A DNA stretch of 64,000 nt from an uncultured virus (IMG/VR IMGVR_UViG_3300037400_006954). Lineage: Duplodnaviria > Heunggongvirae > Uroviricota > Caudoviricetes. Location: IMG/VR virus record IMGVR_UViG_3300037400_006954; one strand, 5' to 3'. The position numbers were made by a program, and so were the translations under genes. This document shows, one piece after another, positions 46,501 to 56,494 of the stretch. Below the pieces are notes generated by a model. The model was given only the letters and a program-made list of their open reading frames with translations, was not told where the DNA came from and searched no databases. Positions within the stretch are counted from its first letter, which is position 1; every line of letters begins with the position of its first letter.

Positions 46501-47219
46501 GTCTCGTCGCCGAAATCCGGGTGCTCCCTGTAGAGCTCGACCGTTATCGCGGCCCCCGGGGCGTACCCTATCTGCACGGTCCTTATGTAGTGCCCAGGCT
46601 CAAGCCAGTTCCTGCCGTGCCATTCGCAGTCTACCACAAGGAACCTGTCCTCGGGCGGTAGCCTCGCCCATATACTGGGTATCGTCTCCCTTACGGCGTC
46701 TACCTCTTCGGCGGTGTGCACTACGATGTTGTCTACCTTGGGATCCTCCTCGGGAGTCCCGTTCATCAATGCGACAAGGTGCCTTATGTCCCTTCTGAAC
46801 AGGTCCTCGCACCCGGGGTCGCCCCATACCGAAAGAGGATCGAACATGCCGTACACCAGCGACCCCTTCGGATACGGCATTGCGTCTGTGACTGGAACCG
46901 GCTCCCCTCTCGTTATCGAGATAGGGTATTCGCCCTTGGTGAGAGGCGTCATTACCGACGCCCCCATCGCGACGAGTATCACCGGCTCCGTGCCTATGTC
47001 GGCGAGGAATGCCTCGGCGTTTCCTGATATGTCGGACGCCCCTGGCTTCTTCTTGCCGCCTTCGCACTTCGTCATGTACACGGACTTGCACCGTTTCAGG
47101 TCGCACCCCTCCTCCTTCAGTATGCTCGTCATGAGGTGCACCCCGGCAAGCCTGTCCGGCGTGTTTGCCGTAGGCTTGGTCAGATATACGAAACATGCGT
47201 TCATATCGCGTCCTTTCAC
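43518..47219 (-). CDS. polA: Family A DNA polymerase (UDG-like N-terminal domain, 3'-5' exonuclease, intein)
   Basis: VDCE, GHNV..D, FDTMLA, YGGAD; FNPNS, TGRYKTSNPN, GDFCQAE (motif A), RISAKSLNFGIPYG (motif B), QIHDA (motif C). Confidence 0.95.
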   Translation of the reverse strand: MKGRDMNACFVYLTKPTANTPDRLAGVHLMTSILKEEGCDLKRCKSVYMTKCEGGKKKPGASDISGNAEAFLADIGTEPVILVAMGASVMTPLTKGEYPISITRGEPVPVTDAMPYPKGSLVYGMFDPLSVWGDPGCEDLFRRDIRHLVALMNGTPEEDPKVDNIVVHTAEEVDAVRETIPSIWARLPPEDRFLVVDCEWHGRNWLEPGHYIRTVQIGYAPGAAITVELYREHPDFGDETFQWPKRAADRRKEIEDRLARPVCTCPDLDRMWKALKGLLQDAGYPIIGHNVIADWQWLLTFGVDIRGNVVFDTMLAEHLINSDGPFRLDEVAMRRTPFGRYCKDVDLWVHHHKEFCKDGYGAVPASLLMPYGGADVECPRLIMKAQMPILEEYGMLKPRGPEGEYPSLLDSTLLNELATDELERNGLPVDRKRLSDLIDAYQGMRAQLLSEITLMAMTLGMPDFNPNSQPQMRMLLFGKLGLTPVKTTGGQSWGDAVGGFEMDSEDMPASSTDKSVLEMLQNSHPLVKKLLQFRRIDQTCKTWLRHPDGDGEGGLESLLWSDGKLHASFLPTTSTGRYKTSNPNCFPADVEVLTSEGWMYWDDAYVSQGSIKLAQWDPETPDREVTFATPDEWHVASSEVVRFRTRQHIDIVCTPNHRFEVYNRKTGRRKCVTALDLPKCGEYMLPQAGRIVSSPGTVHLTDAQVTLLCAMQADGHICKSSYKGVESSYGIEFAFTRQRKIDRIRKALNDAGVAFRESHDLNAIGNPRTRFYIGKDSRDMVFPGFKEFSSKLFEFDADTIRRISDEVFLWDGTVRAGWRNYSSAKAINTDLVQALQALSGNRAQERVYVNSSGSVSYQIDVSNRQLSSLANGTLEHVKGVRPVYCATMPKGTLVVRYNGKVAFTRNSQNFPKKADGYLAEIFGEGKVPPPLRTIVAPPPGFMMMEGDFCQAELFTMANVSGDKNMIRLLTTPGLDLHDSTTLSSFGMKMLDEKDNEVTEDDLVKLAAEIGAGSEEFQHYMKVMRYLQVDGKIITRAQFKSGPRISAKSLNFGIPYGRGAKACALMIKAETGMETPLKEIEQQCSQMIDAWKTVTFPTAWAYLEGCQQAVYDPGYIVNPWGFRKTFHVRNGIIRKDFEREAGNFPIQSTVAQTVNIAADMIRKYRREHGMKFRIQNQIHDAIMLELPIEEKEECKKMFRETMGAVKIPLGGGRYFQLGCDIDCYDRWGEKSKEQ
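44502..45467 (-). mobile_element. Intein (322 aa) with LAGLIDADG-type endonuclease region in DNA polymerase
   Basis: Starts CFPADVEVLT, block B CTPNHRF, LCAMQADG / FLWDG, ends VYCATMPKGTLVVRYNGKVAFTRN|S; splits the conserved NPN-xQN motif. Confidence 0.92.
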
Positions 47220-47319
47220 TTACCTGCTAAAAAATGGCTGGCCTTTGTTTACCCTCCTGGCCAAAAGGAGACACGGAGAGGGAGAAGTGGCTCCCCTCCG
47301 CGTGCAGCGGCGCCTGTGA

Positions 47320-48087
47320 TCACAGCTGTTTATTATGCTTTTCCACATACTTGGCCATGCGGCCGAGCATGTGTGTGCATTCGCACTCAAGGTCCTTCTC
47401 AAGGTGCCGGAACCAGGCGTCAGTCGGGGCTTTCACCCAGGCCCTCTGGAAGAGGACCTTCTTGGAGTGTCCCCCGTCTCCGGAGTACTCGGCAATGATT
47501 CCTCCGGTGCCGCCAGCCTTTTCGGCCATCACCCGCCGAAGCGAGATCAGGTCCGTTGCGCTGTCAACTATGTCTGGCGCACGTTCGGACAGGGCTATTA
47601 TGCCCTCGTTTACGCGTCCGACAAGGTTGATCAGCGATTCGACCACCTCGTTGAGCTTGGCCTCGAGGGCCTCGCCCTCGTAGACCGCGGCCTTCGGGAT
47701 CTTGTTGATCCTGGCGAGGATGTCGTCCAGTGCCGACTTTCTGGTCGGCAGCTTGTTGACAAGCTTCGGCTTTGGCGCCTCCCCTTCTTTGTTAGCCTGG
47801 GCGTCGGCAGGGGCCGCCGGCGTCTCAGGACTGTTCTGATCGGATTGCTGCGCCGCCTCCGCCTCGTCCGCCGCGATAAGCTCTTCGAGCTTATCGTGGT
47901 TGATGATGAAGTGTGCGCGCTTTTCTCCGATTGGAGACACTGCCCCAAGTGTCTCCAGTTCCGCCACTGCCAGTGCAATGGTGGATTCATCCCACGACCC
48001 AAGCTCGGGGAAATGCTTGGTGAGACGCCGCGGGGTGAATGTCTCGGAGTCCCTCAACAGGACTCCGAGCTCGATTGCCCTTCCCAT
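47320..48087 (-). CDS. Hypothetical protein
   Basis: ORF from MGRAIE with AAGGA RBS. Confidence 0.65.
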   Translation of the reverse strand: MGRAIELGVLLRDSETFTPRRLTKHFPELGSWDESTIALAVAELETLGAVSPIGEKRAHFIINHDKLEELIAADEAEAAQQSDQNSPETPAAPADAQANKEGEAPKPKLVNKLPTRKSALDDILARINKIPKAAVYEGEALEAKLNEVVESLINLVGRVNEGIIALSERAPDIVDSATDLISLRRVMAEKAGGTGGIIAEYSGDGGHSKKVLFQRAWVKAPTDAWFRHLEKDLECECTHMLGRMAKYVEKHNKQL

Positions 48088-48176
48088 GTTTTTCCTTTCG
48101 TTTTTTTTTGGTTGTTGTTCGAACAAGGGTGGCAGAGATACCACCCTATATTATTATAACCTCGATTCAAGGCCTT

Positions 48177-49211
48177 TTAAGACTGCGCCAGCGCGGCGTT
48201 GATCTGCTTCCACAGCTCGTCCCTAGGGCAGTCCCCCGCGTCCTTGTATCCTTCCAGTGTGACGGGCACTATCCTCGGCCCGCCGGGTATCGTGAGCTCC
48301 TCCACGAGCTTCCTCTGCGTTTCAGACGCGTCGGGGTCGAGAAGCAGCACGATTGTCTTCCACAGGCTCAGCAGCATCTTCTTCTGGTAGTCCGACACGA
48401 GCTTTCCAAGCGTAGCCACGCCCTGTCTGCCTACCCTTATGCAGTCGAACACCCCCTCGGTGACGACCACCGTGTCGAACCTCTTCGCCCAGTCGACGTT
48501 GTACAGCATTTCCTTCTTGTTGAGGCCGGGGGACGTCAGGTACTTCGGCGGCCTCTTCAGGCCTCCGCTCTCCTTCCTGGCGGTGTAGCCCATGGCGAGC
48601 AGCACGTCTTCGGACACGCTCTTCGGGTCGTACAGGAGCCTTGCCTGCCAGCCCAGGAACTTGTCCTCGGAGTATATGGGTATGATCAGCGTGTTGCTTG
48701 CGTCGAACGGGACGTGCGGAAACGACCGCCCCTTGGCACAGTACCGGAACGCGAAGTCCCGGTCAAGCTCCACCGGGTCGAACCCCCTGCTCCTCAGGTA
48801 GATTATCGCCGGGTTGTCCTCGGGCAGGCACGACAGCGGCAGTATCTGTGAGGGGTCGAACGATGGCGGGTATACAGTCTTGTGCTCCTTGGGCTCCGGG
48901 GCTTCCGCCATCGGCCCCTCGGACACGGACACGTCCACCCCCAGCAGCTTCGACAGCGTGCCGGAGGAGTCGCAGTGCCAGCAGTGGTACACGCGCTTCC
49001 CGGGGTTTACGGACAGCTTCTCGGACCTACCGCAGAACGGGCACTTGGTCAGGAGCTCGGTTCCGTTGCATCCCCTCGACACCTTCACGTTGCCGAACCT
49101 GTTCTTGAGCGCGTTCACTATCTCGTCCGGCGACATCACGGTCTTGGCCAGCCTCGGCTTCTTTATGGCGGACGCCATCTGCTTCAGCCTGTCGTAGAAC
49201 ATGGTCCTCAT
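48177..49211 (-). CDS. DNA primase (Zn finger + TOPRIM)
   Basis: CPFC...CWHC, YLRSRG, VTEGVFD, LLDPDA, KDAGD. Confidence 0.9.
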   Translation of the reverse strand: MRTMFYDRLKQMASAIKKPRLAKTVMSPDEIVNALKNRFGNVKVSRGCNGTELLTKCPFCGRSEKLSVNPGKRVYHCWHCDSSGTLSKLLGVDVSVSEGPMAEAPEPKEHKTVYPPSFDPSQILPLSCLPEDNPAIIYLRSRGFDPVELDRDFAFRYCAKGRSFPHVPFDASNTLIIPIYSEDKFLGWQARLLYDPKSVSEDVLLAMGYTARKESGGLKRPPKYLTSPGLNKKEMLYNVDWAKRFDTVVVTEGVFDCIRVGRQGVATLGKLVSDYQKKMLLSLWKTIVLLLDPDASETQRKLVEELTIPGGPRIVPVTLEGYKDAGDCPRDELWKQINAALAQS

Positions 49212-50683
49212 GACACACCTCCGTTGTTTATCAGTTCAGCCCTCTGGCATTCCTTCTTCGACTCGTAGAACTTCAGGCTGGGGCCCTGGTAGAACTTTAT
49301 GCATGACCCTGTGGCGCCGGAGTTTCTGTCCTTCATTATGGACCAGACCATTTCGCGGTCGGGATCCATCTTGACGCGGCTCTTGCTGTCGTACATCTTG
49401 ACGGCCACCGCGCCCTTGTCCCCGACCTCCTTCTTTATGGCGAGGCCCATGGCTATGTCGACCGGGTTGAACGTTCCAGAGGAGTCTCGGCCGTCCTGCA
49501 TCGTCAGGACTTCCTTGTTCAGCGCGCTCCTCGCCGCCTGCTGGGCGGTCCACACCCTGGTCTCGGTTGCCGATCCCATCTGCCTCAGGGACTCCGTGAC
49601 CTTCTCCATTATGTACGCCTGGTTCTGGTTCTTGTTGACCATGGACAGCGTGGACGGGTCGATGTTGTTCAGCCAGTCGACCGCCACGAACCCGAGCTTG
49701 GATTCGGCGACGCCGGCCTTTATCCTGGCCTCCTTCCACTTCAGCACCTCCTGCTTTATGGTGTCGGGGGTTATGTGCCGGTCGGTGTACTCGAGTATCT
49801 TTATGGACTCGAGTATGTGCCTGTTCTTGCCGTCCTTGTCAACCAGGTCGTGGAACCTGCGCTTCTCCGACTCCGTCCACGACTCCATCGCCTTGGGCGA
49901 CGTGCCCTTTGACACGAGCGACGCCCGTATGCCGGTGAGCATGGCTATGATTCGGGCGAGCACTGTAGACTGCGACAGCTCCAGTGTGATGTACATCGAC
50001 TGGTTGCCGCGCAACGCGTTCTCGCACGCGAAGTTGAGCATCGCGTTCGACTTTCCCGTGCCGGATGGGGCCACTATCAGCCCTATCTCCCCTGGCGCCA
50101 GGCCTCCGTTGAGAGGCACGTCGACCGACGCAAGACCGGTACCTATCCTGTTGCGGATGTCCACGGTTTCGCTCATCTTTGCAAGCGCCTCGTCCAGGGT
50201 AAGCGCGTTCACGCTCTCCGTGGAGTCGTAGGACTGCATCTGGCTGTAGATCTGGCTGTACATCTCCAGGCGCTGGCTTGGAGTCGCCTCGGCCGGTATG
50301 GCGGCCATGTAGCACATCTGGAGGAAGTCCTTGAGCCTGCTTGACATGTACGCGGTCTGGTCCGTGCGCTTCAGCCACAGCCCCGCGCACGCCATGCCCA
50401 CGGTGTCCGCGTATTCGTCCAGCTCGCTGTCCGCCGGCTTCAGCTCGAACGGTATGTCCGGGTTGTGCAGGTCGTCCATGGCCGCTAGCTGGAGGACCTC
50501 CGCGCTGGGCAGCTGACCCTCCCTCTCGTAGCACCGCAGGATCACCGAGTACGCGAACTGTATCGGCCTCTCTATTATCATCTCCGGCCTCAGGAAGTCC
50601 ACCGCCTTCCGGAAGAAGTCCGGATCGGAGCAGAGCGCCATTATGAGGCGCTTCCTGAAGTCGGCGTCGAATCTGTCACTCAT
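49208..50683 (-). CDS. DnaB-like replicative helicase
   Basis: GGLAPGE...APSGTGKS, YITLE, VAVDW, WTAQQAAR, KDRN. Confidence 0.9.
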   Translation of the reverse strand: MSDRFDADFRKRLIMALCSDPDFFRKAVDFLRPEMIIERPIQFAYSVILRCYEREGQLPSAEVLQLAAMDDLHNPDIPFELKPADSELDEYADTVGMACAGLWLKRTDQTAYMSSRLKDFLQMCYMAAIPAEATPSQRLEMYSQIYSQMQSYDSTESVNALTLDEALAKMSETVDIRNRIGTGLASVDVPLNGGLAPGEIGLIVAPSGTGKSNAMLNFACENALRGNQSMYITLELSQSTVLARIIAMLTGIRASLVSKGTSPKAMESWTESEKRRFHDLVDKDGKNRHILESIKILEYTDRHITPDTIKQEVLKWKEARIKAGVAESKLGFVAVDWLNNIDPSTLSMVNKNQNQAYIMEKVTESLRQMGSATETRVWTAQQAARSALNKEVLTMQDGRDSSGTFNPVDIAMGLAIKKEVGDKGAVAVKMYDSKSRVKMDPDREMVWSIMKDRNSGATGSCIKFYQGPSLKFYESKKECQRAELINNGGVS

Positions 50684-50695
50684 AACAGATCTCCA

Positions 50696-51289
50696 TTAGA
50701 TTTTTCCGACGACAGATTTCAACAGATTGTATGTATCGGGCCTCTTTTTGACGAGGTATTCCTCGAGAGCCTTGTTGTCGGACAGCTCCTCGTACGCCAG
50801 GTCGCCCCAGTGCACGATTATGTCCTGCGGGGGCTTCTCCGGCGCAAACACCCTGAACCACGCCGGAAAGCCGTACATCGAGCTGTCCAGCAGCTCCAGC
50901 GAGTCCTTCACGCCGTCCAGCGCGAACCTCATGTCCAGCAGCTTGCACGACAGCATGTTCCACATGTCCTGCGGACACGGGCCCGTGCTGCCCTTCGGCT
51001 GCCTGAGGTTGTCAGCGTTGTACATGCAGATGTCGTTCGCTGTCACGAACGCATGGCGCTCCATGGCCCTGGTAAACGCCGCGGACACGAACACCTCCAC
51101 CGGTATCTTGTTGTTCAGGCATATCCTCGCGACCTGCATGAACTTCGACCAGTTCCTGCTGTTCCTGAACGACGTCCTGGGATACCGCATGATCCCGAAC
51201 TTGACCGCGTTCTCGTAGTACGTGGTGGCCGCAGTCATGGCCATCGCGTCAAGAGCGGCGGCTGTGTCGCTTATCTCCTCTACGCTCAT
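50696..51289 (-). CDS. Hypothetical protein
   Basis: 197-aa ORF in the replication operon. Confidence 0.7.
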   Translation of the reverse strand: MSVEEISDTAAALDAMAMTAATTYYENAVKFGIMRYPRTSFRNSRNWSKFMQVARICLNNKIPVEVFVSAAFTRAMERHAFVTANDICMYNADNLRQPKGSTGPCPQDMWNMLSCKLLDMRFALDGVKDSLELLDSSMYGFPAWFRVFAPEKPPQDIIVHWGDLAYEELSDNKALEEYLVKKRPDTYNLLKSVVGKI

Positions 51290-52761
51290 GCACCCTCCCT
51301 GATAAACGGTAGTTCCTCAACAGATTCAACAGTATGCTGGACGAACCCGAGGTCCCTGTAGCTCTTCCTCCTGGAATAGTCGGACGCAAGCAGCGGTCCG
51401 GGCTTCCTCGGGTTGTCGGGATCCACGTCCCATTCGTGTATGAAGTCTATCACGTACGCCCTGTCCTTTCCGTCGGCCTTCCTGGACGCACGCCCAGGTA
51501 TCTGCTTCGCCACTATGTCGGATCCCCCTCCGGACGCGTTTACCACGATGTCCAGTGCCGGGAAGTCGACCCCCTGCTTCCAGCAGTGTGTGGCGAGTAT
51601 CTTCCTTATTTCGCCGGATTCCATCCTGTCGTATATGTCCTTGCGCTGCTTTGCGGTGATAGGCCTGATCGTCCCCACGCCCTCCCTGGTCTGCGCGTGC
51701 ACGTACTCCACGTCCTGGCAGTTGGCGTGTATGTTCGCCATCTGCGCTATCCACTGCGTGAAGCACAGCACGCTCATGCTCTCCGGCACCCTCTTCACGA
51801 TGTCGGCCACGAGCTTGGAATACGGAGGGTTGTTGACTATCGCAGCCCGTATCTTGGCGTCGCGCGTCTTGTAGTGCCTGTAGTAGTCCATCCCGACGCT
51901 GGGAGACGGGGCCTTCACCCAGTACACCTCTATCGGGACGAGGGCCCCGAGCTTTACCGCGTCCTGGTAGGTTCTCCTGCACACCACCGGCCCGAACAGG
52001 CCCTCTATTACCATGTCTCCTCCGTCGAACCTCCCGCTCGGGGTGGCGCTTACGCCCCACCTAGCCGCGTTCATGAACTTGGAGATGCTGTCCGCCCTGG
52101 TAGCCGACGCGGACGTATGGACTTCGTCGACTATGAGTATGCCCACGTCGTCCGGGTCTATGAGGTGGAGGCTGTCCAGCGTTATGACTAGGACGTCGTC
52201 CGAGAACTTGCGCTTTCCGGACATCACAAGGCCCACCTCCCTGTCAGGGAGCAGCTTCTTGAGCGCCTCCCAGTTCTTGTAGTTGATGTCCTTGTCCGGA
52301 GCCGAAAACACCACCGTAGGGGTGCCCCGCAGGCGCAACGCATCGGGGTCGAATGCCCTTATTATGGCGGACGCCATCACGGTCTTGCCGAAGCCGGTTG
52401 CCGCCGACAGTATGCCTCCGCCGGACATGAGCGTCTCGATGACGGGTTCCAGCTGGTAGTCCCTCAGCCCTGTGCACGCCCTGTCATAGTCGGGCGGCGG
52501 CAGCGGAATGCGGCTGTCCACCACTGAATACGGCGTGCCCGTCTTCCTGAGGTGCTCGAGTATCCTGTGCCCGAAGCCTGGGAGCGTCGTGAGGACGTTT
52601 CCATCCCTGGCATACAGGTTCTCGTAGTGCCCCTTTACGGCACGCACGTGTCTTGCCTTGTCATACGTAAGCTCACGTTTCCAGTACGTGAGCTCGTCGT
52701 TCAGGCTGGGCGGAGGATCCGTCACGGCGATCGCTCCGCGGCCAAGTGTGACCGTCGTCAT
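51286..52761 (-). CDS. Superfamily 2 helicase (UvsW-like)
   Basis: LRDYQ, ATGFGKT, DEVH, SATP, GVDFP, QIPGRASR. Confidence 0.9.
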   Translation of the reverse strand: MTTVTLGRGAIAVTDPPPSLNDELTYWKRELTYDKARHVRAVKGHYENLYARDGNVLTTLPGFGHRILEHLRKTGTPYSVVDSRIPLPPPDYDRACTGLRDYQLEPVIETLMSGGGILSAATGFGKTVMASAIIRAFDPDALRLRGTPTVVFSAPDKDINYKNWEALKKLLPDREVGLVMSGKRKFSDDVLVITLDSLHLIDPDDVGILIVDEVHTSASATRADSISKFMNAARWGVSATPSGRFDGGDMVIEGLFGPVVCRRTYQDAVKLGALVPIEVYWVKAPSPSVGMDYYRHYKTRDAKIRAAIVNNPPYSKLVADIVKRVPESMSVLCFTQWIAQMANIHANCQDVEYVHAQTREGVGTIRPITAKQRKDIYDRMESGEIRKILATHCWKQGVDFPALDIVVNASGGGSDIVAKQIPGRASRKADGKDRAYVIDFIHEWDVDPDNPRKPGPLLASDYSRRKSYRDLGFVQHTVESVEELPFIREGA

Positions 52762-52880
52762 GTTAACTCCTTTCATGTGCAAGGCCGATAGTCTACCATT
52801 ATTGCCTTGTCGTTTTCAAGGGCAATTTTAGGCAGGCTACCGGCCTTGGCGGTCGAAAAATCAGAATGTACAGTCTATAT

Positions 52881-54761
52881 CTAGTCAAAATGAATCTCAG
52901 AGTCCATATACGGCAATATAGCCTTTTCGTGAGTAGGCATGACTATCTGCAGATTCATGTTCTTTGCAAGCGTGCTCACGGTCTGGAGCATGGTTCCGAA
53001 GTACTCCACGCCCGCCGGACTAAGGTGCGCGGTAGGCTCGTCGAGCACCATTATGCCTATCTTCTGGCCGAAGTACATGTAGTTAGCGAATATGAACGCG
53101 AGCGACAGCGATATCCTCTGGCCGCCGGACAGCTTTGCGGCGCTCGGCAGGGGGTCCGACACCTGCCTTCCGTCGACGTACCTGAACGCGAAGCTCAGGC
53201 CCTGGTTGTCGGGCTCTACCTCCACCTCGGAGTTCAGCTTCCTCAGGTAGTCGTTCACGAACGCCGTCATTCCCTTCATGGCGTTGAGCGACATCACCCT
53301 CGGTCCGTTGGAGTTGTGGAACCAGTCCCTTACGGCCTTGAGTATCTCCACCTTGGCCGCTATCGGGGCCTGGAGCTCCTTCTCCCTGACCTTCGCCTCC
53401 AGCATCTCGTTCGTCTGCTGCAGCTGCTGGCTCTTTGCGTTCTTCTCCCCCTGGAGCATGGCGACCTGCGAGCTCAGCTCGGCGACCCTGTCGGTCGTCT
53501 CGTTGTACTTTGCGAGCTCCGCGTCCACGGTGGCCTTCAGCTTCTCCATGTCGGACTGCTCGGGCGGTATGCCCAGCTTCGCGAAGTCCTCCAGGATCGC
53601 CTTCTCTCGGTTTATCTCGGCGTCAAGCGACGTAGTGGAGTTGTACAGGCTGGTCTTCACCTGGATGATCCTCCTGTCCAGATCCGCGATCTCGTTCTTG
53701 AGGGCGGTGTACTCCGCGTTGATGCTTTCGTATACCTGCCTTGCGTCCTTTTCGCCGGCCTCCAGCTTCCTCAGGCTTGCCTCCGTGTAGGACGATATCT
53801 GCCCCGGGGCGACCTTGGAGCCGCATATCGGGCACACGCCGTTCCTGTCGGAGGCCCCCGACATCTTCTTCATGTTGTTCAGTTCGGCAAGCGCCATGCT
53901 GTGGTCGGCCCTGAGGCTGTTTATCGACGCCTCCATTTCGGACGGCTCGCACCCCAGCTTGGCCATTGCGGCCTTCTTGTCGTTCTCCAGCTTGCCGTAT
54001 TCCGCCATGTTGCTCTGGTTTGCGCGCGTCAGCCTGTCTATGGACAGCCTGACGTCCCCCAGTACGGCGATCGTAAGCTGGATCTTGGACAGCCTCTCCA
54101 TGTCAGCCTTCATGTCGTCCCTGGATGGCAGCAGGTCCAGTGCCTTCCTGGCAGCTTCCAGCGTCCTGTCGGTGGCCGAAAGCTCCTCCTCCAGCCTGGA
54201 TATCGTCTGCCGCATCGAGGCTATCGACGCGTCGAAGTTCTCGGGCTTGGAGTAGCTCTGGATTATGGGCCCCAGCTCGGACCATATCTTGCTTGCGTCG
54301 CCTATGCCTATCAGCTTCTGGAACGCCTTCTCGCGCTTGGCGGGCTCGTCGAACAGTATCGTCTGTATCTCGCACTGCTGTATGAACCCAACCTGCTTGA
54401 GGACCTCCTTGTCGACCCCCACTCTCTCGTACAGGGCCCTCTCTATGTTCTTCACGCCTGTTACCGTCTCGTTCCCCAGCTTGAGGACCGCCTCGGTGCT
54501 GTGGAGCTTGCGCATCACGGAGCATTCCATCCCGTTGTGCGTGAAGTAGAGCTTTGCGCTCCCCTCGGTCTCCCCCCAGCTTACCAGGTCCTCCCTCCTC
54601 CACGGGGGATGCTCTCCGGTAAGGCAGAACTGTATGGCCCCCACGAACGTGCTCTTTCCGTGCCCCATCTCGCCGGTCAGGGCTATGAGGTTTCCGTTGA
54701 AGTCGGCCGCGAAGTCCCTGTGCACCATGTAGTTGTGCAGCTCTAGTCTGTTAAGCGTCAT
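52881..54761 (-). CDS. sbcC: SbcC/Rad50-like ATPase
   Basis: GEMGHGKST, coiled coils, CPIC zinc hook, LSGGQ, LDEPT, TH. Confidence 0.9.
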   Translation of the reverse strand: MTLNRLELHNYMVHRDFAADFNGNLIALTGEMGHGKSTFVGAIQFCLTGEHPPWRREDLVSWGETEGSAKLYFTHNGMECSVMRKLHSTEAVLKLGNETVTGVKNIERALYERVGVDKEVLKQVGFIQQCEIQTILFDEPAKREKAFQKLIGIGDASKIWSELGPIIQSYSKPENFDASIASMRQTISRLEEELSATDRTLEAARKALDLLPSRDDMKADMERLSKIQLTIAVLGDVRLSIDRLTRANQSNMAEYGKLENDKKAAMAKLGCEPSEMEASINSLRADHSMALAELNNMKKMSGASDRNGVCPICGSKVAPGQISSYTEASLRKLEAGEKDARQVYESINAEYTALKNEIADLDRRIIQVKTSLYNSTTSLDAEINREKAILEDFAKLGIPPEQSDMEKLKATVDAELAKYNETTDRVAELSSQVAMLQGEKNAKSQQLQQTNEMLEAKVREKELQAPIAAKVEILKAVRDWFHNSNGPRVMSLNAMKGMTAFVNDYLRKLNSEVEVEPDNQGLSFAFRYVDGRQVSDPLPSAAKLSGGQRISLSLAFIFANYMYFGQKIGIMVLDEPTAHLSPAGVEYFGTMLQTVSTLAKNMNLQIVMPTHEKAILPYMDSEIHFD

Positions 54762-54762
54762 T

Positions 54763-54981
54763 TCATGCCTCCCTCTCGCCGTGATAGTCGATGAAGTCAA
54801 CCCCGACCCTGCCTATGGGGAGGTGCTCGTCGAAGCGCCTCTTCTGTTCGGCAAGGTCGTATAGCCTGCTCGCCCTCCACTTGACGTGCTCCATGCTTAT
54901 CCGCCTGTGCTGTTTCCTGCATTTCCTGATGTAGTCCCGCAGGAACTCTATTTCGGTCTCTATCATCGTGATCTCAGGCAT
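54763..54981 (-). CDS. Small hypothetical protein between sbcD and sbcC
   Basis: 72-aa ORF overlapping the sbcD stop. Confidence 0.55.
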   Translation of the reverse strand: MPEITMIETEIEFLRDYIRKCRKQHRRISMEHVKWRASRLYDLAEQKRRFDEHLPIGRVGVDFIDYHGEREA

Positions 54982-56053
54982 GAGGGGCCTCCTCTCCGTC
55001 CATGAACTTACCGACAGTGACTTTCAGCGCTTCAGGGGCGCGAAGTATCGCGCGTATCAGTTCGGCCTCCACCGAGTCCGGCTTGAAGCTTAGCTCGAGC
55101 GCCTGCTCCAGCCCTATGACTCCAGCCGTCCGGTCTATCCTGTCCGTGTCGTCCTCGGCCACCTCCACCTGGTGCACCGTCTGCACCCTCATGAGGAGGT
55201 TCTTCGAGGCCGCCAGCGCCCTGAGGCGCGTGACTCCGTCCTTTATGTCGGACGATACGAACATGGAGTACAGCGTCTTGGAATTCTTCCTTGCAGACGA
55301 CTCGAACTTGGCGAACTCCTCTTCCGAGCCTATTACCACCGGCTCTATCTTCCTTGTCTTGATCGGCGTCCTGCCTATCGCGAACGTCTTGGGGTCCACC
55401 GTGACGAAGCTCTTGTCCTTCTGCTCGTTCATCGAGCACATCTCCGTCGATCCGCTGTACACGAACCTTATGCCGTCTATCTCCACGTCCTGGCTCATGT
55501 GTATGTGCCCCATGAGCACGAGCTTCACCCCCATCTCCTTAATGGAAGGCATTATCTCCGCCGCGGACACGTCGCTTGCCGAGCCCATCCTGTTGAGCTC
55601 GCCCAGGGCGATGTGAAGCACGAGGATGTCGCACTTGACGTCCCTTCCCGCCATGGAGTTGAGGCTCTCGACGAGATCGGCATGCCGCTGGTACCCCAGG
55701 CCGCATGCGGTGACTCCGTCGCACACCTCGACCGGCTCCTCGGTCAGCGGCGTGATGCCGCACACCCTCAGCCACCTGCCTCCGGATATGTCGTGGTTCC
55801 CGTCTATGCCGAACACGTGGTACTTCCCTCCTCTGGAAAGCCTGCGTATCTCCGACTGGACGAACTCAACCGCGAACGACGGGGGATACACCATGTCGAA
55901 CAGGTCTCCGCCTATTATCAGCGCTCCCCCCTCCTTTACCGCGTGCAGGCTGTCCACCATGTCGCCAAAAGACGCCATGAAGTCCTCGCCGCGCGACTTT
56001 ATCGACCACTGGGTGGTAACCCCTATGTGGTTGTCAGCCGTGAAAGCTATCAT
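54974..56053 (-). CDS. sbcD: SbcD/Mre11-like nuclease
   Basis: ADNHIG, GGDLFD, GNHD, GHIH, YSGS. Confidence 0.9.
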   Translation of the reverse strand: MIAFTADNHIGVTTQWSIKSRGEDFMASFGDMVDSLHAVKEGGALIIGGDLFDMVYPPSFAVEFVQSEIRRLSRGGKYHVFGIDGNHDISGGRWLRVCGITPLTEEPVEVCDGVTACGLGYQRHADLVESLNSMAGRDVKCDILVLHIALGELNRMGSASDVSAAEIMPSIKEMGVKLVLMGHIHMSQDVEIDGIRFVYSGSTEMCSMNEQKDKSFVTVDPKTFAIGRTPIKTRKIEPVVIGSEEEFAKFESSARKNSKTLYSMFVSSDIKDGVTRLRALAASKNLLMRVQTVHQVEVAEDDTDRIDRTAGVIGLEQALELSFKPDSVEAELIRAILRAPEALKVTVGKFMDGEEAPHA

Positions 56054-56233
56054 CTTTCATTCCTTTCATCTGCGAATATGCACTTTAACCCAGTTCCACG
56101 CCGACAGCACTGGAAGCGAAACCGCCAGCAGTGCCGCCAGCATGGCGAGCAGTACCCCCAGGGACATCTCCCTGAGGAACTTGTTCAGTAGTGACAAAGC
56201 ATCCATGATGCCTCCTTTTTCAAGTCACTCAGG

Positions 56234-56494
56234 TCAGAATAACAGATTCCAGAGGTCGCAAAGCGCATCCGCCGCGTTCCTGGCGTGGTATGCGCTCTTG
56301 TCAAACAGATAACCTATCTCTTCCTTCACCTGCCTGTTGAACTCCCCGTCGGAAAGCCTCTTGGTCTTGTTGGACTTTCCCCATGACGTGAACGCCTCGT
56401 GGACTTCGGACGGCTCGGCCTTGCTTGCCGGCACAGTGAAGCTCACGTTTCTCGTGGGAGGGCCTGGTTCTCTTCTCCGTCTGTTACTTGACAT
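56234..56494 (-). CDS. Hypothetical protein
   Basis: 86-aa ORF, GGAG RBS. Confidence 0.55.
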   Translation of the reverse strand: MSSNRRRREPGPPTRNVSFTVPASKAEPSEVHEAFTSWGKSNKTKRLSDGEFNRQVKEEIGYLFDKSAYHARNAADALCDLWNLLF

